This document shows, one piece after another, positions 58,550 through 64,000 of a stretch of 64,000 nucleotides of DNA; within the stretch, counting starts at the first letter, position 1, and each line of letters starts with the position of its first letter. Origin of the DNA: Planctomycetaceae bacterium. GTDB lineage: Bacteria; Planctomycetota; Planctomycetia; Planctomycetales; Planctomycetaceae. Both the position numbers and the translations under genes were made by a program. The stretch lies in contig JBBIJW010000023.1 of assembly GCA_037445755.1 (NCBI GenBank), positions 22,351 to 86,350 of the forward strand, in the 5' to 3' direction. Under the pieces are notes generated by a model that saw only the letters and a program-made list of their open reading frames with translations, was not told the origin of the DNA and did no database searches.

Positions 58550-61054
58550 ATGAGCCACGTCCCCTCCCATGTGACTCGACTGGCCGGACTGCTCCTGTTG
58601 TCGGGATTCCTGACGGGGAGGGACGTTGGCGCTCAGCATCGGCACAAAGCCGCCGGGGGACAGGTCCATCAACCGGTCGAATTCTCGCTGCGCTCGGTCC
58701 GGGACGGCGCCTGGTCCGATCCCCGCACCTGGGAGCCTGCGCGGGTTCCCGCCGGCGGCGACCGCGTGCTCATCAGTCGAGGGACGCGCGTCACTTACGA
58801 CGTCCAGAGTCCCGAGGTGATCCGGCTCGTGCAGGTGGTGGGGACGCTCGCCTTCGCCCGGGACCGCAATACGGAGCTGAACGTCGGGCTGCTGACGATC
58901 CGGCATACGGACGTCGGTTCGGAACAGGGCTTTGCCTGCGAGTTCGAAGGGGCCGAGACCGGACCGCAGACGCCCGATGAACTCTGGCCGTCGCTGTTGG
59001 TGGGAACCCCGGACCAGCCGATCCCCGCCGAGCACGTGGCGCGCATTCGCCTGCATCATCTGGAAGGCCTCGACCCCAACGACGCTCCGGCCATTGCCTG
59101 CTGCTCCGGGCGGATGGAGATTCACGGCAGCCCCCTGAATCGCACGTGGGTCAAACTCGCCGCGGATGCGCGGCCGGGGGAGACGCAGGTCACATTATCG
59201 GAGGAGGTGAGCGGGTGGCGCGTCGGCGATGAGGTCCTGGTGACGGCGTGGCATCGTGCCGAGGGACAGGGGTCGTTCCGCCGGAACAAGCAGCCGCAGA
59301 CCGAGCGCCGCCGCATTGCCGCCCTCTCTGGCCGGACGCTCACGCTGGACGCGCCGCTCGAGTTTGAGCACCGCGGCAGCGGCGAGTTCCGCGCCGAGGT
59401 CGCCAATCTTTCCCGCAATGTCATCATTGAGAGCGCGGCACCGGAGGGGGTCCGCGGACACACCGTCTATCACGCCCACAGCCGCGGCGGCATCAGTTAC
59501 GCCCGCTTCGCCCATCTCGGCAAGGAGGGGGTCCTGGGGCGATATCCGATCCACTATCACCTCGTCGGGACGACGATGCGCGGCAGCAGTGTGCAGGGGG
59601 TGGCGGTGGTCGATTCCCACAACCGCTGGGTGACAATCCACGGCACGCAGTATCTCGTGGTGCGGGATTGCATCGGCTACCGGAGCGTCGGGCACGGTTA
59701 CTTTCTGGAGGACGCCACGGAGGTCTACAACCTGCTGGATCGCAATCTGGCGGTGCAGGCGTATTCCGGAAAACGTCTGCCGCAGCAGGTCCTGCCGTTC
59801 GATCCGAATGACGGCGCCGGCTTCTGGTGGAGCAACGGCCGGAACACCTTCACCCGCAACGTCTCCACGGAGAATGATGAATACGGTTACCGCTACGATA
59901 TGCAGCATTCGCGGTCATTCAGCGCCACGCTGCCGATCCTGCAGCCGGACGGTTCCCGACGCCCCGTGGACGTCCGCACAATTCCCATCTGGCGGTTCGA
60001 GGAGAACGAGGCCCGGGCCGAAGGTTTCTACGGCATGGTGGTGGCAGCCAACGGCGACAGCCAGCCGGACGTCCCCCTCCGCGACCAGCGGACATTGGAG
60101 CAGATTCGCCACATCGACTGGACCGGTCCGGATGCCCGGCATCCGCACGTCATCCGCCGGCTGACGATCTCCGGCGCGCACTACGGATTTCGTCCCCACA
60201 GCCCGTCGATGCTGATCGAGGACCTCCGCATCGACCGGGTGGCCTACGGCGTCTATCGCCCTGCCCTCGACAATCACGTCTACCGCAACGTGCACCTGTC
60301 CCACGCCGGTCCGGAACCGTTCAACCGTGGCATGGACGACGCCAGCGCCCAGAACGGGAGTTTCAGCGTGGACGGCCTGCGGATCGACGATCTCACCGGC
60401 GGCGATCAGCGGCATCCGGTGGTGCACATGAGCGACAACAACCTTACCGGCCGCGCGGAGAGTCACTTCCGCAACGTCTCGTGGCCGCAGGGGAGCGCGC
60501 GACGGCCGATCTTCAACCGCGGCGGCAGCGTCCGCGTCCCGCCGATTCTGGATCGGGGCGTGCCGTACTTTGTGCACGACTACTTCGGACCGGGGCGGCA
60601 CGCCAAGATCGTCAGTACAGCCGCCCTCGACCTGCTCCATGACGGACATGAGTACCGATCCGACCCCCCGCTGACCGGCGACGAGTCGGCGGTGGCGGAA
60701 GTGACCGATGTCGAGTGGCCGACACTGCTCGATCCCGTGGATGACGTCCCCCCGGCGACGATCATCCTGGCAGTCCGTGCGGTGGGGGAGCGGCTGCACG
60801 TTCGCGGCGTCTCGCACGACAACGGAGAGATCGCCGCCATCCGCGTGAACGGTCAGCCGGCCGAGGTGCTCGCACGGCAAGCGGGCGTGGCGGACTGGCA
60901 GGTGCTGGTGGACCGACCGAAGGATCATCAGCTCCTCGCTGCGGCAGTCGATGACGCCGGCAATCAGGAACAGACCGGGCATCGCCTCCGGCTGGCGGCT
61001 CTCCTCCCGGCGGACGGAACCGATCCCAGCGTCGTGGGAACGCGCGGTCAGTAA
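58550..61054 (+). CDS. G8-domain / right-handed beta-helix secreted protein
   Basis: Signal peptide. G8-like start WSDPRTWEPARVPAGGDRVLISRGTRVTYD. The remainder looks like repetitive beta-helix sequence. Confidence 0.65.
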   Translation: MSHVPSHVTRLAGLLLLSGFLTGRDVGAQHRHKAAGGQVHQPVEFSLRSVRDGAWSDPRTWEPARVPAGGDRVLISRGTRVTYDVQSPEVIRLVQVVGTLAFARDRNTELNVGLLTIRHTDVGSEQGFACEFEGAETGPQTPDELWPSLLVGTPDQPIPAEHVARIRLHHLEGLDPNDAPAIACCSGRMEIHGSPLNRTWVKLAADARPGETQVTLSEEVSGWRVGDEVLVTAWHRAEGQGSFRRNKQPQTERRRIAALSGRTLTLDAPLEFEHRGSGEFRAEVANLSRNVIIESAAPEGVRGHTVYHAHSRGGISYARFAHLGKEGVLGRYPIHYHLVGTTMRGSSVQGVAVVDSHNRWVTIHGTQYLVVRDCIGYRSVGHGYFLEDATEVYNLLDRNLAVQAYSGKRLPQQVLPFDPNDGAGFWWSNGRNTFTRNVSTENDEYGYRYDMQHSRSFSATLPILQPDGSRRPVDVRTIPIWRFEENEARAEGFYGMVVAANGDSQPDVPLRDQRTLEQIRHIDWTGPDARHPHVIRRLTISGAHYGFRPHSPSMLIEDLRIDRVAYGVYRPALDNHVYRNVHLSHAGPEPFNRGMDDASAQNGSFSVDGLRIDDLTGGDQRHPVVHMSDNNLTGRAESHFRNVSWPQGSARRPIFNRGGSVRVPPILDRGVPYFVHDYFGPGRHAKIVSTAALDLLHDGHEYRSDPPLTGDESAVAEVTDVEWPTLLDPVDDVPPATIILAVRAVGERLHVRGVSHDNGEIAAIRVNGQPAEVLARQAGVADWQVLVDRPKDHQLLAAAVDDAGNQEQTGHRLRLAALLPADGTDPSVVGTRGQ

Positions 61055-61070
61055 GGCACGGGAGGGAGCG

Positions 61071-62039
61071 ATGTCCGGGCAATGTAAATCGCAGGATGGC
61101 AGAGCGCGTGCAGGGAGGTCGCCAGGGTTGTTCCTGGTCGGATGCAGCCTGCTCGTCGTGGGCGCCGCGGCGGGGCGGGCGGCGGAGCGATTTCGGAACC
61201 TCGCGGCCGAGAGTCCGCTGCCGCGCGGATCAGGTCTGGCGGCGGCATATCCGGGCGACGTCGGGATTGCGGCCGATCCCCGCGTCGTCTTTGCCGACAA
61301 CTTTGAAGCCGGACACTTCCGGAACTGGGACGAAGTCCGCAACGACGGCCAGGAGGTGCTGTCGCTGGTGGATGAATCCGCGGTGGAGGCGCGGCTGGGC
61401 CGCAAGTCGTTGCAGGTGACAGCGTCACTGGGTCGGAACACCGGCGGGGGTCTCACCCAGTGGTACCAGCCGTGCGACCCGGTCTTCATCCGCTTCTACA
61501 CGAAGTTCGCCGCCGACTGCGATTACGTGCATCACTTCGTGACGCTGCGGGCCAACAAGGGACTGCGGGGGGGAGACCGCTGGTCGGGCTTCGGGGGTGC
61601 GGGACAACAACCCCGTGGCGATGAACGGTTCTCCACGGCACTGGAACCGTGGGGCGACTGGGGACGGTTGACGCCGCCGGGGAAGTGGAACTTCTACTCC
61701 TACTGGCACGAGATGCGCCCCAGTCCCGACGGGAAGTATTGGGGGAACTCGTTCCTCCCGGAGCAGCCGCAGCCCATCCCCCGGGACCGCTGGATCTGCT
61801 GCGAGTTCATGCTCAAACACAATACCCCCGGCCAACCGGACGGCGAGCAGGCTTTCTGGATTGACGGGGAGCTCCTGGGGCACTGGCGGGGGATCAACTG
61901 GCGGACCTCGCCGACGTTGTGGGCCAATGCCTTCACCCTGGAGAGCTACGTCACCGACCGCTGGACGAAGAACCGCGTCAACGTGGTGTCGTTCGACAAC
62001 GTGGTCATCGCCCGCGAATACATCGGACCGACTCCCTGA
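61071..62039 (+). CDS. secreted concanavalin-A-like (jelly-roll) protein, possible polysaccharide lyase/hydrolase
   Basis: ATG 61071, 16 nt after the G8 gene. Signal/TM segment GLFLVGCSLLVVGAAAG. FADNFEAGHFRNWDEV ... FWIDGELLGHW ... VSFDNVVIAREYIGP pattern. Confidence 0.55.
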   Translation: MSGQCKSQDGRARAGRSPGLFLVGCSLLVVGAAAGRAAERFRNLAAESPLPRGSGLAAAYPGDVGIAADPRVVFADNFEAGHFRNWDEVRNDGQEVLSLVDESAVEARLGRKSLQVTASLGRNTGGGLTQWYQPCDPVFIRFYTKFAADCDYVHHFVTLRANKGLRGGDRWSGFGGAGQQPRGDERFSTALEPWGDWGRLTPPGKWNFYSYWHEMRPSPDGKYWGNSFLPEQPQPIPRDRWICCEFMLKHNTPGQPDGEQAFWIDGELLGHWRGINWRTSPTLWANAFTLESYVTDRWTKNRVNVVSFDNVVIAREYIGPTP

Positions 62040-62104
62040 GCGGAGGGCAGAAGCTTCCCCCCGCGCAATGAAGCCGCCGGTCTGAGGGTGAGGAGGCCGT
62101 GTCC

Positions 62105-63052
62105 TCAGCAGGCGCGTTCTCCCGCCTCAGCGACGGAGGGGGTGGAGGGACGCGGCCGCTCCACAAACCGGATCATCAGACCGAGCAGAATCAGTCCCCC
62201 ACCCGCCAGGGTCCACCACGCCGGCCGCTCTCCCCAGGCCAGCAGCACCCACACGGGAACCAGCAGCGGCTCGATCATCCCCAGCGCCGTGGCTTCGTGA
62301 CCAGGGATGCTCCGCAATCCCCGCGCGAACAGGATGTACGGCAAGCCCATCTGCACGATGCCGAAGGCCGCCAGCAATCCCCATTGAATCCCCTGCGGGA
62401 CGGGGGCGGCGCCGCAGGCGAACGGCGCCAGGCAAATGGCCGTCGCCAGATGATTGAGCGCCACCAGCCACGCGGATTCCAGCGCCCGCAGGTTCCGCAA
62501 GGCCAGCACCACCCCGGCGTAGCACATTCCGGAGGCCAGTCCCCATCCCACGGCAGCCGGTGCGGCCCCCCGCAGCTCATGCCACAAAATCGTCCCCACG
62601 CCGGCGGCGACGAACAGCAACAGCCACCAGTCGCGGCCGATGGCCCGTTCCCGGAACACCGTCACTCCCACCAGCAGCACCCACACGGGGGCGGTCATCT
62701 GCAGCCAGATGGCATTCGCCGCCGTCCCTTGGGCCATCGCCGACAGGTAGGAATAGTTCATGGCCGCGAACAGCAGCATCATGGGAATGAGCCGCCAATT
62801 CCAGCGGGGTGCGCGGACCAGGGGCCACAACACCACGCACGCAAACAGGGCCCGCCAGAAGGCGAGGACCGGTCCCGGCCAACCCTGAAACGAGGGGGCC
62901 TTGGCAAAGAACCCGCTCATGCTCCACAGAACGGCGGCAACGAGCACCAGCAGCCGCGCCCGCACCACGGACGCGGCCAGACGATCGGCCACGTCGGACT
63001 CCTCCGCCAGTTCCCGGGGGGTGACAGGAATTGCTCCATTGCCGTCGGTCAT
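62105..63052 (-). CDS. EamA/DMT-family transporter
   Basis: Ten predicted TM helices in two EamA-like halves. Confidence 0.8.
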   Translation of the reverse strand: MTDGNGAIPVTPRELAEESDVADRLAASVVRARLLVLVAAVLWSMSGFFAKAPSFQGWPGPVLAFWRALFACVVLWPLVRAPRWNWRLIPMMLLFAAMNYSYLSAMAQGTAANAIWLQMTAPVWVLLVGVTVFRERAIGRDWWLLLFVAAGVGTILWHELRGAAPAAVGWGLASGMCYAGVVLALRNLRALESAWLVALNHLATAICLAPFACGAAPVPQGIQWGLLAAFGIVQMGLPYILFARGLRSIPGHEATALGMIEPLLVPVWVLLAWGERPAWWTLAGGGLILLGLMIRFVERPRPSTPSVAEAGERAC

Positions 63053-63345
63053 GGGAGCGACCTTCGACGGCGGGGGCGGGAAGGTGAAGCAGATTCACAA
63101 CCTCTCTCTCCCCTGCTCCAGGGGAGAATGCCGGGGTGAGGGGTGCGCGATGCTCCGGGCTTTCGCCTCCCCCGGCCGGGGGCCGCCCTCTCCCTCAACG
63201 GGGAGCGGGTTTTGAAACGTCCTCTTGTCAGGAGCAGGGTTCTCATTTCCAGGGTGTGTGAGGGAAAATGGTTGCACCCATCGTCCCGGGTCGTCGTTGC
63301 ATCATCGAGCGGCCAGTGCACCTGCAATCCGCGAACCATCGCCAC

Positions 63346-63696
63346 ATGACCGTCGAACAGATCATCTTCGGACTTTATCTGGGGGTGGGGCTGATGCTGT
63401 TCGTGTTCGGCATCCCCCTGTGGCGTTGCCTGATCCCCCCGAACAGGTGGTGCGGGTTTCGCACGCCGAGCACCGTCCACAACGAGCACATCTGGTATCC
63501 TGTCAATCGAGTGACCGGGATGTGGATGATGGCCGTTGGTCCCGTCACGGCCCTGACGGCGTACGCCGTCTACCGGGCCGGCCTGGCGGGGGACGTCGCC
63601 GCGTGGATCAACCTGGCGGTGTTGTCGATCGGGATCGTGGGGATGGTGGTGCACGCGGGGACCATCTTGCGGGGGCTCAAGAAGACCGGATCATAA
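63346..63696 (+). CDS. SdpI/YhfL-family membrane protein
   Basis: ATG 63346. PPNRWCGFRTPSTVHNEHIW matches the SdpI-family N(x)GxRT...W pattern. There are about four TM helices. Confidence 0.6.
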   Translation: MTVEQIIFGLYLGVGLMLFVFGIPLWRCLIPPNRWCGFRTPSTVHNEHIWYPVNRVTGMWMMAVGPVTALTAYAVYRAGLAGDVAAWINLAVLSIGIVGMVVHAGTILRGLKKTGS

Positions 63697-63735
63697 CACC
63701 TCGCGGGGCCGGCGGGGTGCGGGGAGACTGGACTC

Positions 63736-64000
63736 ATGCGACGGCGGACCTGGCTGAAATCGAGTGCCGCGGCTCTGTGGTCGCCGGCGTTGCTGTCGGC
63801 ACTGGAACAGGAACGCGTGGAGGAAGCGGCCGCAATCCTCCAGGAAGCGACCGCCAGCGGATTGGTCCAGGCTGCCACGCTGTGTGTCCGGCAGGGAGAG
63901 TTCGAGTTCCTCCGCGCCTTCGGCGGAGCACGGTCCGTCGATGACCCGTTCCTGCTCGGTTCCATCACCAAACCGATCTGCATCTCCGCCCTGATGACAC
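63736..64000 (+). CDS. serine hydrolase (beta-lactamase family), 5' partial, Tat-type signal
   Basis: My own translation from ATG 63736 gives MRRRTWLKSSAAALWSPALL... and then GSITKP (SxxK active-site motif). The ORF runs off the window end and is not in the ORF track. Confidence 0.6.
   Translation, partial: MRRRTWLKSSAAALWSPALLSALEQERVEEAAAILQEATASGLVQAATLCVRQGEFEFLRAFGGARSVDDPFLLGSITKPICISALMT

Overview
High-GC (roughly two-thirds G+C by eye) chromosomal segment whose gene content points to a Planctomycetota genome: DUF1570, DUF1573, a Ser/Thr kinase with a DUF1080-like ectodomain, a sulfatase, and two giant proteins of the Pirellula/Verrucomicrobium-type dehydrogenase plus cytochrome c architecture. 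About 40 protein-coding genes are supportable. I found no rRNA, tRNA or CRISPR array. Housekeeping genes: acs, hpnH, ftsK, tilS, scpB, mutS, acpS, leuS, ppk, a parA-like ATPase, and a flagellar export-gate operon (fliO/P-fliQ-fliR-flhB). The most unusual items follow. (1) A secreted protein of about 390 aa (11459-12640, minus) is about 28% cysteine and Arg-rich, and is built from four tandem repeats of about 70 aa. I recognise no bacterial family for it. (2) A low-GC islet (about 34.1-35.3 kb) carries two small membrane-protein genes. It is flanked by a cluster of REP-like palindromes, a MITE-like element with 24-bp inverted repeats, an 18-bp tandem repeat and a near-consensus promoter. (3) The export-gate operon has a fused FliO-FliP and an FlhB lacking its C-terminal autocleavage domain. 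(4) Two genes are interrupted: the kinase by an in-frame TAA exactly at the conserved Tyr of the GxPxYMAPE motif, and an HpnN-like RND exporter by a 1-nt frameshift. (5) Two paralogous multidomain proteins of about 1430-1450 aa fuse different N-terminal modules to the same dehydrogenase-like/HEAT/CxxCH module. Many long ORFs in the track are antisense mirror ORFs typical of high-GC DNA and were rejected. All functional calls come from motif recognition by eye; no database search was run.
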